55,291 nucleotides of DNA from Octopus bimaculoides (lineage: Eukaryota). The first letter of the stretch is position 1. Every line of letters begins with the position of its first letter. The stretch lies in the NCBI RefSeq assembly GCF_001194135.2, contig NC_068991.1:51668446-51723736 (forward strand), given 5' to 3'. Positions 23,401 to 34,399 of this stretch are shown here, piece after piece. The position numbers and the translations under genes are program-made. The notes under the pieces are model-generated. The model saw only the letters and a list, made by a program, of their open reading frames with translations, ran no database searches and had not been told where the DNA came from.

Positions 23401-25393
23401 TGGATAGATCTGGTGGGGATAGCACAAGTTTGCACATCATGCACCAGTCTGTCAGTGACAAGCACCAACCTCTTTGCAAATGCTTTCGCCAAAATTTTGT
23501 AATCTGCATTTAGCAGACTTACAGACCTAAAATTATCAATAATGTTCCCCTTGTTCGGATCCTTTCTCAGTAGCACCACTACCACACCTCACCTCAGAAC
23601 TGGGGACTCTCCTGTTCTGTCGCCAGTTGTGGTAGACACCCTGCAAAAGCTCACTGAACAAGTCTGGCATATGAATATAAAGCTTGAAGGGAAGACCATC
23701 CAATCCTGGAGACTTCTTCCTCATGCAACTAGCCAATGCGTCACTTGTATCTTCAGCTATTATCAGCATTTCACAGAACTCCACATCCCTGGCTGAAAGC
23801 TGTGGCAGACTATCAAGGTAGGAAATGAAGTTCACCTCTGCCTCAGGACCACTACACACCCTGTCCAGTTCAGCAAAGTGCTGCTGAAATTCTCCACATA
23901 TCTGCTTGGACTCTTGTTGCATGCGCCCGTCCCGACCCCTCAAAGACCAAATTGTAGTTTTATTACTACATTGTGCCTTGGCCACCCAGGCCCATCGAAT
24001 GGCTTTTATTCCCTCCTGTTTTGGAGTACGTGCCCTAGCTCTGACAACGCAACCTTCATGCTTGGTGTTGAGGAATTGATTCAGAACCAATCTCGCTGCC
24101 AGCATGTCAGTCACTATGCCTCAACTGAGTGCCTCTTCCAATTTCCTAACTTGATCTCCCTCTACTCTAGTCTTCTCTGTCACTAGTTCTCTGCTAAATT
24201 TTACAGCTTCTACTCTAATCTCCAATTTTGGCACTACCTACCATCAGTTGTTGACAACTTGCACCTGTCAACTTTCAATGGACTTACTTGCTAAGTCAGT
24301 CTCTGAAAGCTTGATGTGCCAGGAAGAACAGGTTCAGCTTCCAGTATTTGGGACCCTGCCTATGAAGCCTATCTAGGTCAACCATACAGATCACAAATTT
24401 GTGGTCTGTATAGCTGACGAACTGTGGATAACCTATGCTATCCCTATCTGCTGGCCTATGAAATATCCTATCTAGACAAGATCTGGTTGACCTGACGCTG
24501 TTTGTCCATGTCCACACTGTGGCATTTGGGTAATCCAATCTGAACTTGTGAGCCAGTTGGAAATGACTGAGCAGGATTGTGAGGCTTTCACACCCAACTT
24601 TTCTGTCTGCTAGCCCCACCCAATCTACACGTGCATCCAAGATGGCATACCAGTCGCCCACTAACACTAAAGAGGAGACGTCCCTAGAAAGACCTCCAAA
24701 CATCTGAAGAAATCCAGCTGCCCCAATCCAGTCAGAGCATACACAGCAGTCAGTCTTTTTTCTGGGGACAAAGACTATTGTCTTATGCTCCCTTTTAAAC
24801 AATAGTATCAACAAAGACTGTAGTTTTGATAATAAATATGCCTGTCAAGCTTCTATCAACGTTCTTGCTTTCCAACCAGAAGTATAATAATAATAATGAT
24901 GATGATGATGATGATAATAATAATATCAATGAAATATGAATATTAGATATACCATGAGTAACTTCATGCTTTAGTTTGGATTTTTGTGGATTATTTTTCT
25001 CTTTAATAGACAATGTTTAATGCTGATATTGTTGTAACCTTTTCTTTTTTTGTCTTTTTTTTTTCTTCTTTAGAACTAATGCCACACATTTCAAACTATG
25101 ATATGAAACTTGAAGACCCCAGTAACTTGAACTGTGTAATGCCTTCTAACCCTATTCAACATGAAGTACCAACATTTCCACCCACTGATTTATTTCCAAT
25201 AGAGTCAACTTTTGATAATTCTAATACTATATTGAAAGCTTTGGAGTTATCTCATGCAGAAGATATTGGATTTTTATCAGAAGACACATTCAGTAAATAT
25301 CTATCAGATTTAAGTTCAACCAACAACACTTTTCCTAATATAACAGAAACACATGACATTCCTCTTGAATCATTACAATTTTATCAAGAATAA
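3260..25393 (+). CDS. Rel: Class II NF-kB transcription factor (Rel/Dorsal-like), 5'-incomplete; join(3260..3337,5793..6046,8631..8776,9266..9357,11846..11983,14442..14540,17690..17772,18535..18673,21069..21116,23075..23155,25074..25393)
   Basis: Eleven exons with AG/GT boundaries join in one open frame (1478 nt plus 1 upstream nt). The protein has [74 protein letters not shown] and the NLS KRKRK. SAGSIPG (not p50-type SHGGLPG) and the lack of ankyrin repeats indicate the Rel/Dorsal class. Confidence 0.95.
3590..3835. mobile_element. Two SINE family A tails in tail-to-tail orientation
   Basis: ggtggtgctccagcatggccacagtcaaatgactgaaacaag (+) followed by ttacttgtttctggcatttaactgcaaccatgctgg (-). 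Confidence 0.7.
3960..5715 (-). mobile_element. Decayed RTE (BovB-like) LINE, RT to C-terminus, interrupted by a SINE
   Basis: [40 protein letters not shown]; [15 protein letters not shown]; [20 protein letters not shown]; [11 protein letters not shown]; terminal AGLISH motif. Confidence 0.85.
4977..5210 (+). mobile_element. SINE family B (tRNA head, central domain resembling the Nin/Deu SINE domain) inserted into the RTE LINE
   Basis: ggcgagctggcagaaacgttagc...gagttcaaa...tttgcctttcgttctttcggggttgataaattaagtaccag...aaagaaataag. Confidence 0.88.
5793..6046 (+). CDS. Rel: Rel exon 2: start of the Rel homology domain ([44 protein letters not shown])
   Basis: catatttcag acceptor, AAG/gtaaat donor; diagnostic DNA-recognition loop. 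Confidence 0.97.
6075..6490 (-). mobile_element. SINE family C with an internal ~160-bp duplication, starting about 30 nt after Rel exon 2
   Basis: Same core and tail as 42628-43140; the ggcacaggtgccagttac unit is repeated. Confidence 0.8.
8105..8424. mobile_element. Palindromic Penelope-type pLTR remnant: inverted arms (about 8105-8220 and 8292-8424) around a (GAT/GTT/AAT)n spacer, with a hammerhead-like motif at 8336-8378 (+)
   Basis: The arms are reverse complements apart from a ~20-nt deletion in the left arm. The right arm reads GATAC-CTGATGA-A-GGCTG..CAGCC-GAAAC-GTGTT. Confidence 0.7.
8631..8776 (+). CDS. Rel: Rel exon 3: [49 protein letters not shown]
   Basis: ctctacag acceptor, gtaagt donor; conserved RHD motifs. 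Confidence 0.96.
8805..9165 (-). mobile_element. SINE family A in Rel intron 3
   Basis: Colinear with 32070-32480. Confidence 0.85.
9266..9357 (+). CDS. Rel: Rel exon 4: [30 protein letters not shown]
   Basis: Polypyrimidine tract plus tctag acceptor, gtaagt donor; conserved NLGIQCVKK motif. Confidence 0.96.
9837..10068 (+). mobile_element. SINE family B, young copy with probable TSD gtatattta (9827-9835 / 10072-10080)
   Basis: Near-identical to 4977-5210; flanking direct repeat. Confidence 0.9.
10240..11200 (+). repeat. Tandem array of about 5-6 truncated family B SINE units
   Basis: Repeated gagttcaaatgctgccagggtcgactttacttttcatcctttcagggttgataaaataagtacc unit; contains an N gap. Confidence 0.8.
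11290..11677 (-). mobile_element. SINE family D (tRNA head; tail ...cgtaagtgacggagtgccaacaac); related pieces at 2120-2370, 32630-32775, 54130-54340
   Basis: Minus strand gtggaggcgcaatggcccagtggttaggg (A box) and ggtttcgattccc (B box); tail shared with 32630-32775. Confidence 0.85.
11846..11983 (+). CDS. Rel: Rel exon 5: [45 protein letters not shown]
   Basis: ttcttctag acceptor, gtaagt donor; RLCFQ and VVSQPI motifs. Confidence 0.95.
12130..12590 (+). mobile_element. SINE family C with an internal ~20-bp minisatellite
   Basis: gagtggttggcattaggaaggatatccagcc core; repeated accatgctggtg units. Confidence 0.8.
14442..14540 (+). CDS. Rel: Rel exon 6: [32 protein letters not shown] (IPT/dimerisation domain)
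   Basis: ttgttttag acceptor, gtgagt donor; DEVFLLC motif. Confidence 0.95.
14712..14950. mobile_element. Older copy of the same piggyBac-type MITE
   Basis: Colinear similarity to 19270-19488 (tcatacctaccttacaatg, caaaacaatgt, tttgacagt..aatctgaatg). Confidence 0.65.
15395..16620 (-). mobile_element. Cluster of SINE family C copies (15395-15720, 15720-15860, 16325-16620)
   Basis: Repeated catcatcat..gtttaacgtcc and gctggatgcctttcc motifs. Confidence 0.8.
17420..17500. repeat. (TA)n microsatellite in Rel intron 6
   Basis: Direct reading. Confidence 0.95.
17690..17772 (+). CDS. Rel: Rel exon 7: [27 protein letters not shown]
   Basis: aaatag acceptor, gtaagt donor; WEA.G.F...DVH.Q motif. Confidence 0.95.
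18535..18673 (+). CDS. Rel: Rel exon 8: [46 protein letters not shown]
   Basis: Long pyrimidine tract plus ttag acceptor, gtaagt donor; AIVFKTPPY and RPSD motifs. Confidence 0.96.
18772..19165 (-). mobile_element. SINE family A in Rel intron 8
   Basis: Colinear with 32070-32480. Confidence 0.88.
19270..19488. mobile_element. piggyBac-type MITE with TTAA target-site duplication
   Basis: TTAA-CCCTTTAGCATT ... AATGCTAAAAGG-TTAA. Confidence 0.75.
20222..20730 (-). mobile_element. SINE family A in Rel intron 8 (N gap in its microsatellite)
   Basis: Colinear with 32070-32480. Confidence 0.9.
21069..21116 (+). CDS. Rel: Rel exon 9 (48 nt, carries NLS): [15 protein letters not shown]
   Basis: ttttatag acceptor, gtaagc donor; [10 protein letters not shown] follows the RHD as in Rel proteins. 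Confidence 0.92.
22139..22622 (+). repeat. Diverged ~200-bp direct repeat (22139-22357 and 22440-22622)
   Basis: Both copies read tcatattattt..gttcacttt..catgtgcatacatacatac..tgatggatttg..ggtttcatttatttacaa.ttgatttcttaatttc. Confidence 0.75.
23075..23155 (+). CDS. Rel: Rel exon 10: [26 protein letters not shown]
   Basis: ttccag acceptor, gtaagt donor; 81 nt, phase 1-1, in frame with both neighbours. Confidence 0.82.
23350..24785 (-). mobile_element. Tx1/L1-clade non-LTR retrotransposon internal fragment (APE end, linker, start of RT) in the last Rel intron
   Basis: [67 protein letters not shown] and [13 protein letters not shown]; frameshifted. Confidence 0.9.
25074..25393 (+). CDS. Rel: Rel terminal coding exon: acidic/Ser/Pro-rich putative transactivation region ending ...LESLQFYQE*
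   Basis: Very long pyrimidine tract plus tttag acceptor at 25073; 105 open codons in the phase required by exon 10, then TAA. Confidence 0.85.
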
Positions 25394-25394
25394 A
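25389..25394 (+). promoter_or_regulatory. AATAAA overlapping the Rel stop codon (candidate polyadenylation signal; another AATAAA at 26094-26099)
   Basis: Sequence GAA TAA A; motif match only, in AT-rich DNA. Confidence 0.25.
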
Positions 25395-26166
25395 TTTTAT
25401 GTTGATTCTTCAAGCAGTATATTACAATGTGTTGGACACAATATTCCAAGGCTTGATGGCATTTACAATATTATCATGGCATTTATAGAAAATATATATT
25501 TTTATTATCTGTTATATTTTCTTAAGTTCATCATCAATGAAGAATGTTGTTTTCTACAAATGAAATTCACTTTGTTGGTGTTTCTAGTGGTAACTATCAT
25601 AAAGAAATATGACCATTTTTGAGATTCTTCCCAGGAATATATTAACAAACACCATTTTTTTTTTCATTACTCTGCTCTTACATTTCTTCCCAATGAAGTT
25701 GTCTTTTAATTAATTTTACTTTTACAATTAAAGCTGATACTGTAGTGTTAAGAATTTCCAACAAAATTTGTGAAAAGAATCCTTTTATTTGTAAATTACC
25801 ATTGATGATATAATTGTAAAATCTTTCTCTCTTAGATATTATGATAAAAAAAGTTGTTACATTTTCGCTTTAAGTAGAAAAAGATGCCATCGTTGTTATT
25901 TAGATGTTCCATTTGGCATTGTTTAAGAATATATTAGGCACAAAAATGTGTGATTGATTTTTAAAACAAAACTTTACACTATGTATTTTATGAACAATAA
26001 TGGTATTGGCTCTAAGTTTTCAGCAGATCAATCACTGTTTCAGGCATTTCTTATGGCAAAAGTGATGAGAGAGTGATTGTGTAACTCAGGTGGAATAAAT
26101 ACTGCAAGGTATTTTTGTTAGAAAGCTGCAGCAACTTTATCAGCTTCTTGCTGATAGACATCAGTG

Positions 26167-26211
<45 letters not shown>

Positions 26212-26507
26212 AATCTTTCCATCAACTTCCTAGATGTGACCACTCTATTTTACAAAAAGGTATGTCTTAAATTTTATAAGTGAAAGTGCATTTTTGGTGG
26301 CTCTAGACATTCCTTTGTCTACAGCTTGAGCAACTATGTAGAAGTTCCTTTACCTACTTGTGAAATACCTTTGTTACACCTAAACTGGCTTTCCTTATTT
26401 TCTAATCACAAACCATTTATGAAACTTAGAATGGGATTGATAGGATTAAGAGAGAGGTTACCATGAATGCTAACTGTTTAGTAGTATTGATCTAAAAAAG
26501 ATTTTTT

Positions 26508-27059
26508 TATTCTTTTACACGTTTCAGTCATTTGACTGCAGCCATGCTGGAGCACTGCCTTAAAGTATTTTAGTTGAAGAAATCAACCCCAGGATTTATT
26601 CTTTGTAAGCCTAACACTTATTCTGTCAGTCTCTTTTGCTGAATTGCTAAGTAACTGGGATATAAACATACCAACATCAGTTGTCAAGCAATGGTGGGGA
26701 GACAAACAAAGACACACACACCGAAATATATACATTAAATTTATATATATATATTTATACATATATATATTTGTATATATACATATACATATCTATAAAT
26801 AATATGGGTAGCTTATTTGCAATTTTACAACCTAAAAACAGAAATATAGATGTCACTAAAGCGACAAAGGGCACTAATCAGCACCAGTATTGCTAGAAAT
26901 AAGAGTCAAAAACAGCTCAATAGCCATAAAAAGCACTATTGACTGACAAGGGAGGTAAGTTCCCTACAACAGTGGACGTAGCTAGTTCATCAATGATTTC
27001 ACATTTTAATGCTTGTCCAATGGCTCTCACCACACTTATTTATATATATATATATGCAT

Positions 27060-27114
<55 letters not shown>

Positions 27115-27270
27115 CGATGGGCTTCTTTCAGTTTCTATCTACCAAATCCACTCACAAGGCTTTGTTCGGCTCGAAGCTATAGCAGAAGACACTTGTTCAA
27201 GGTGCCATGCAGTGGGACTGAACAGGAACCAAGTGGTTGAGAAGCAAGCTTCTTACCACAGAGACACACC
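26508..27270 (-). mobile_element. SINE family A with expanded or interrupted centre
   Basis: Tail at 26508-26720 and head at about 27110-27270. Confidence 0.8.
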
Positions 27271-27619
27271 TCAATACCAAATGATTGACTTGCACTGTCA
27301 AACGTGTATTATGATGAATATTTGACCAGTCAGGTTTGTATATAAAAATATAGAATGACTTTGGTGAAAATCACATGTGACTGTTTGGTAAAAAATATAT
27401 TAAATCCTAGTAAGAGCAGATGTAAACTGATGGGAATAAATAAAGAATAAATGGTTTCAACAGAAGATTGATGTCTTGACAACAAAGGAAAACAGATTTT
27501 AAAATGATGATATTGTTATTCAATGGCTTTATTGAAATTGTACATAATTGTTTTTTTTTTATATATCTGTTCAGTCTTAGAGATTAGAAAACATGAAATA
27601 AAGACATTATCAAACCCTC

Positions 27620-27777
<158 letters not shown>

Positions 27778-29079
27778 CTGTTTCCTCTCTATTTACTTCA
27801 CTCTCGTTACGTTTTCTTCTTCCTCCGTCCTAACTATTTCATGTTTTAAATCATTTATGGATGCATGTAACTTTTATTCTCTACAAATTACTCTCTATAC
27901 ACAACTACTAACCTTTCTACACTAACCATGTTGAAATTTTCACTTGCAAAACATTGGTGAAGAGTAAAAATCCAATATTTGTTACCTTTTGTTGTTACTG
28001 TTATTATTTTGTTTTTCATTATTGTTGCCTGTCAGACTTACGGGATTTTTGGATTTGTGTTTTAGCTATGGCTTTGAGGTTGTCCTTTTAATTACAATAT
28101 GTATTTGTTGATTTAAGACTTTTATTTCCTTATATTGGTGTTAATTTAGCAGGTTATTTAATTTTAAAGCCTTCTAGTTGTCAGTAGATGCAAAATGAAA
28201 TATTTTCCATATGGGTGACCTTGATAACAGCTTCTCACAATAGTTCATTAATTTATTATTGATCAACATTTCTACTTGAAATCAATATATTTTGAACTTA
28301 TTTAGGTTGCATATTAGATCTATATGACAGGGCTGTTCTGGACATTGCCAAGACTTGGAGGGCTTGATCATTATTTTGTAATGACACCTTAATTTTAAGT
28401 TTGGAGCTTTCCCAGTTACTTTTCCAATCACTCTGTACAAATGAATAGCATTCTCTTGCATCAAGCAAGGGCACTTCTTTTGCTGAAAATTTAGCAGGGT
28501 TAGCAGACAAGATAGCAGAATTTTATTTTTTTGCCCTTATTGTCTGTGCATGTGAGAGCAGTGATACCACCACTGCAGCTAGAGATAGTGGCTCTTACTC
28601 AAGCTGAAATTTGTTGTGTCAGATCTAAATGCTCAAAACTCAACTTCATCTAGAGAGCAGAGATGCCAAAGCATGGCAAGTAACTGTCTGCATCGCCCTT
28701 CATGCTAGTGTTCACACAGTGCTAGTCTCCTCAAGCATGAGGGAATTACAAACCACAATGCTGTTATCATTGACACAGAAACAAGTGAGCATCCTACTGT
28801 CTATTGAAACACAGTAAAAACAGCCCACTTCTGTGTTACTTCAGGTTGTTAAGCATTCTCTTGTTATTGCTTAGATGGCAGATCACTTTTGATCAAGGAA
28901 ATGTAAACATATGCTTAAATAGACATTCATTGTTGCTGATTTCTTTAAAGTGGAGAATTTAAATATTTAAGATAATGTAGAAAGACTATTAAGCACAAAT
29001 TTTATGCATAAAATATTTATTGAGATATATTTTCTATTTGCTACAAGCTGTTGACTTCAACCAGTCTGAATAACAAAAG

Positions 29080-29600
29080 ATTATTGGCCGACCTAGACTC
29101 CTATGATGATATTTTGTACTTGTGGCAGAGATCTTCCTGTATAGTATCATGGTTCAGCCAATGGCAACAGTGTTACATGCAGCCAAAACATGGGAAAAGT
29201 TACAAAAATCATCAAAATGTTGCCCATCTTTCACCAAAGATGTTTGAGTAAAGCTGTGTAAAATTCTGATCATGTCAGAAATAAGAAGTGCATAGTCACA
29301 GACTCTGAGACATGGTTACAGAACAAGGTATCTTATTGGCTGGTCGCATCTTACAGTATACAGATTATCAATATGCTAAAACAACATAAACAGGAAGAAG
29401 ATAAGACTACTGGCTACATAGCTTTCAATTATTTAAGTTAATTAGAAGGCAATCAACAGACTCCAGAAAATAGATCATGCAAATGATAGAATAATGGAGG
29501 AAAACTACTGCCCAAAGTGCAACCATGCATGGGATAGATTGATTAACTAATTCTGGTGACACAAAAGTTAGTTATGGTTAAGCACTGTGTAATAGGAAAG
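29080..29600 (+). mobile_element. Highly decayed RTE-like LINE RT C-terminal fragment
   Basis: TVLHAAKTW, FHQRCL and LAGRIL-like remnants across frames. Confidence 0.45.
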
Positions 29601-29779
29601 ATTGTTCCCTGTTCATGGCTCTGAAGTAGAAGCTGCTTATAAACTGTTAGGTTCTGTTATGAATGGTGTAGTGGAATACAAAGTTAACAGAATGTAAAAC
29701 AAGGAAGCTTTTAATGTGTGGGTGTATTTATGTATGTATGTATGTATGTATATATATGTGTGTGTGTGTTTGATACATA

Positions 29780-30012
29780 CAAGGTTGGCCAAAAGTCAAC
29801 GGACAGTAAATCAAAATTCCATAAATACTATCTGTAATTCTGCATTGACTCGGATGGAAAAATGTGTTGCTCAAGAAGGACTACAATTTGAACAATTTTC
29901 ATCATGTTTCATATTTAGATGCTTTTATTAAATTCATTCAGTTGTTAAACATAAATAAATCTTGGAATTAAATGGTTTTGATTTACTGTCAGGTGACTTT
30001 TGGCCAACCCTG
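29780..30012 (+). mobile_element. Internally deleted Tc1/mariner element (MITE) with TA target-site duplication
   Basis: TA-CA(A/G)GGTTGGCCAAAAGTCA... TIRs of about 35 bp. The interior keeps a transposase-like C-terminus, RMEKCVAQEGLQFEQF. Confidence 0.8.
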
Positions 30013-30027
30013 TATGTGTGTGTATAA

Positions 30028-30066
<39 letters not shown>

Positions 30067-30190
30067 GCAAGAGAGTTAGGGGTTGAGGATTCAACCCACT
30101 AAGGGATATATCTATCCAATATACTGCTGGGAGGGTACCCAATTATTGTTACACTGGTGTTATATCAAGTGTAATAAGTGGGTGCGGGTA

Positions 30191-30421
30191 AATTAGAAAA
30201 TGGAGGAGAATATGCGGTATCCATCGACTTGCAGNNNNNNNNNNNNNNNNNNNNNNNNNNNNNNNNNNNNNNNNNNNNNNNNNNNNNNNNNNNNNNNNNN
30301 NNNNNNNNNNNNNNNNNNNNNNNNNNNNNCCACAATATACAAGTTACAAAATAAATTAATTCAACGGAATACACTGTCTGCAAGTCGATGGCTACCGCAT
30401 ATTCTCCTCCATTTTCTAATT
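30191..30421. mobile_element. Small element with 44-bp inverted ends (MITE-like), interior partly in an N gap
   Basis: 30191-30234 is the reverse complement of 30378-30421 with one mismatch. Confidence 0.65.
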
Positions 30422-30444
30422 GCTATATATATATAATCATCATG

Positions 30445-30487
<43 letters not shown>

Positions 30488-30971
30488 AATAAAGACTATT
30501 ACGAAGTAGTATTAGCATTACCTTTAATTCATTTTTATATATAAATACAGCCTCAAATAGACCTACATATGTTTCTGCTGCATCAGTTAGTAACCGTTGC
30601 AATTGCTTACTATAATACTGGTGCAGTTTCTTCAGGGTCTTCATTTTAATATCTGTTGAGATTTAACTGGTTAAAAGTTTTATGTTGATTTTCATTGCGT
30701 TCGATGATGTGGAGTTATACATTAATTTCGACACAAACTATCTTCAATTCCAAAAAACTCAAATAGAAGAAAACGTGAAGAATTTAGAAGTTGTAGAAAC
30801 GGAAATAACCTAATTTAATCTAATCAATAACATAGAATCGAATAAAAATTCTGCTAGAAATGGAACAAATATAACATTATGTAAAAGAGTAATAAAAAAC
30901 TTAGTGAAAATGAATATGTTTTTACCACAAATGATCAAATTAATACCAAATCTGAGAGAAATATAAGAAAC

Positions 30972-31500
30972 TAGCAGCTAAGCCCAGTTTCACCCTGTCT
31001 GTTTGGATGATGTGGATGTGATCGTTTTTGGTTAGGCATAATCTATAACAGCATTTCTCAACTTTCTCATTTCGGGTCCTCTGTTTCGATTGGAGCCTCC
31101 AGCTGTATGAAAATTTCCTGAACCCCCCCCCCCTTTTTAGAAAACAGCTTCAGGAGTTGTAAAGAACGAATTTGTATGTAGTCTGTTTCTGAGTCTATTG
31201 GACCTCTGATTAATCATTAAAACATTGATTTAATTATGAACATAAAAAGAAATTATACATTAATCCCTATTTTTGTAAGCAGTTGTATCAGTAAAAATTT
31301 TATTTGCAGAGAGCAGAAATTGAAAGAAGATATATGAAATGGACGTGTATGTATGTGTGCGTGCGTGCGTGCTTGCGCATGTGTATGTGCTTATGGTAGT
31401 TGATTTATGGAAAAGATTATGTTAAATTTTTGAAATGCAAATATGTAAATGAAATTTTAGTTCTGACCTCTACATGGTAGCTAAACCTGGTAGAAATAGC
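30972..31500. mobile_element. Possible non-autonomous Helitron-like remnant
   Basis: Begins ACTAGCAGCTAAGCCCAGTTTTCACCCTG, resembling the ACTAGC..CCCGG..CGCCCG ends of Helitron-type repeats. Boundaries are uncertain. Confidence 0.3.
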
Positions 31501-31640
31501 AGGAGTGGTTGGCATTAGGAAGGGCATCCAGCTGTAGAAACTCTGCCAGATCAGATTGGAGCCGGTGCAGCCATCTGGCTCATCAGTCATCAGTCAAATC
31601 GTCCAATCCATGCCAGCATGGAAAGTGGACATTAAACGAT
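31500..31640 (+). mobile_element. SINE family C 3' half (other partial copies at 1810-2013, 17505-17615, 33120-33300, 34225-34370, 40290-40512, 43400-43590)
   Basis: ggagtggttggcattaggaagggcatccagctgtagaaactctgcc. Confidence 0.8.
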
Positions 31641-32069
31641 ATTATCCATGTAAGATATTGATCAACATTTGGTGGGAATGGTAATCCACTACAAAATACT
31701 TGAAAGCTGTCACATGGTTAATGCATAGCTTTACATTCAGCAAATGCACTCCAGCTGAAACAACCTGACCAGTGGCATGGCATGCCCTCTTCAATGCAAC
31801 AACTCTTGCCCATTCATTACTAATTTGACCAAAAATGTTAAGCAAGAGTTCAGCTGGGAAGTTCTACTGCACTTACCATATTCTTTTCATATAGCACCTT
31901 CAAATTATTGTCCTTTCCAATCACTCCAACTGTCTATGAAGTATTTCATTCAATGACATGAAGCTAAAAACATAGCTCAATGAATTCTTCAAGTTGATTT
32001 CTTCTATCAAGGCCTTCTCAAGTTAGTGGAATGTTGGCAAGAAGTCATGAACAATGAAGTAGAATATAT

Positions 32070-32480
32070 TACTCTTTTTTACTCTTTTACTTGTTTCAGT
32101 CATTTGACTGCGGCCATGCTGGAGCACCGCCTTTTAGTCAAGCAAATCAACCCCAAGACTTATTCTTTGGAAGCCTAGTACTTATTCTATCGGTCTCTTT
32201 TGCCGAACCGCTAAGTTACGGAGACGTAAACACAGCACCATCGGTTGTCAAGCGATGCTGAGGGGGACAAACACAGACACAAAGACACACACACATACAT
32301 ATATATACATATATGCGACGGGCTTCTTTCAGTTTCCATCTACCAAATCCACTCACAAGGCTTTGGTCGGCCCGAGGCTATAGTAGATGACACTTGCCCA
32401 AGGTGCCACGCAGTAGGAATGCACCCGGAACCATGTGGTTGGTAAGCAAGCTACTTACCACACAGCCACTCCTGCGCCTA
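32070..32480 (-). mobile_element. SINE family A (tRNA-derived head, internal CA/TA microsatellite), near-complete copy
   Basis: Minus strand starts aggcgcaggagtggctgtgtggtaag (A box) and gttccggg..attcc (B box); tail ggcggtgctccagcatggccgcagtcaaatgactgaaacaagtaaaagag. Confidence 0.9.
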
Positions 32481-32821
32481 TATTATTGACTGATTTGTTA
32501 AATTTTTGATAAATAAGAATTAAAATAAATGGAAAAAGATAAATGAACAAATTTATCTTACAGCCCAATAATTAAAAATTGTTATGCGTGTATCTATTTG
32601 TAAATATATGTGTATGTATATATGAGTATATGTCATGCTGAATCTTTCTGAGAACTACATTAAAGGTACATGTGTCTGGAGTACTCAGCCACTTGCACGT
32701 TAATTTCACAAGCAGGCTATTCTGTTGATCGGATCAACTGAAACCCTCATCACTGTAACCAATGGAGTGCCACTTATATATGTATAAAATATATATGTAT
32801 GTGCATATATGCAAGTATATC

Positions 32822-32893
<72 letters not shown>

Positions 32894-33599
32894 TGAGAAT
32901 AATAGGTTGCAGTGAAAGACAACAAAGGTACACATAGAAAATATGCACAAAAGACGTGGAGATGCTCATTCCTCATTAATTATCAATCAAAAATCATTTT
33001 GATTTTGTGTCGTTATCAATAATATGACGTTCATTTGGTGGCATCAACAACAAAAATGATGCTGGGATATGTGAGTGAGCATAAAAACCAATGAAAAAAG
33101 ATGGTCTGTAGACTAATTATCCTCATTTAACATCCATGTTCCCTGCTGGTATGGGTTGGACCATTTGACAGAATCCGATGGGTCCAATGACTACATAAGG
33201 CTCTAGTGTCTGTTTTAGTATGGTTTCTATGGCTGGATATCTTTCTTAACACTAACCATTTTATAGTGTACACTGAGTGCTTTTCTCATGCTACCAACAC
33301 TAGTGAGATTGCTACGCAACTTGCAATCCTACGAAACCTGAAGGGAGGAGTTGATGTATGAGAGAAGGGGGTGGGACAGAACAGGTTCTTGTAGGGGAAC
33401 TACATAGCTACTCACATTTAGGAAAGAGTTAAATAATGGTAATAAGGTGTCCAGGTGGCACCTCATATATATGTGTGCGTGTGTATGTATATGTGATCAT
33501 ATGATATATATACACATATATGTATATGTGTGCTATTAAGTTAGACATAGCCTGGGCCTATACTGGCCGAAACCTATCAAAATTATATATATATATATG

Positions 33600-33985
33600 T
33601 ATACCTGTCGTCCAGCCTCCCTTCTAGCTATCTGGTACAGTTCCCTGCTATCCCCACCTTTCCAGGCCTGTTTCTTTGCTCTAATGGCTTTGTCTACCAT
33701 ATTATTCCACCACCACATTACTCTAGGTCTGAGAGGGACTTTGCACAATCCACAGACTTGGTTTGTGGCACTCAATAAGCTGTCCCATAGGAATTTCCAG
33801 CTACCTTCTAGGTCTGTAGCTCCTCCTCCCTCTCATCGAATTTTTTGATGAGGATGTCCCTAAATTTCTGACCATTTGAAGGGTTCTTTAGCTCCCAAAT
33901 CCTTCTTTTCTGGATTGGTCTGCTTCTTGGTATCCTTCTGGCCTCGAATCTAAAATCACTCATGACTAGTCTATGGTGGGCGGTA
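33600..33985 (-). mobile_element. RTE-type LINE fragment (EN-RT linker)
   Basis: HHRLVMSDF..RRIWELKNP and ATNQVCGLCK..RVMWWWNN.VDKAIRAKKQAW..ELYQIARREA. Confidence 0.7.
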
Positions 33986-34046
33986 CATTCTTCACCCATA
34001 CATACATATATATATATACCTGTACATATACATATATATGCATAAG

Positions 34047-34112
<66 letters not shown>

Positions 34113-34399
34113 CAGAGTGTTCAGGTTAAATTCAACAATTTGCACAAAAGGAAAAGAAAACAATATCCCATCCGAAAAAGAAAGTATTCTAAAAAAAATC
34201 AAAGTTAAGAGTCCACTCTAAAGTGGTTGGTGTTAAGAAGGGTATCAGCTTTAAATACTATACCAAAGCAGACAATGGAACCTGGTCTAGTCTCTAGATT
34301 TACCAGCACCTGTCAAACCATCCAACCCAAACCACCTTGGAAGATGGGCATTAAATGATGATGATGATGATAGCCAAGAGATAACAGTTTACTCAAAAT

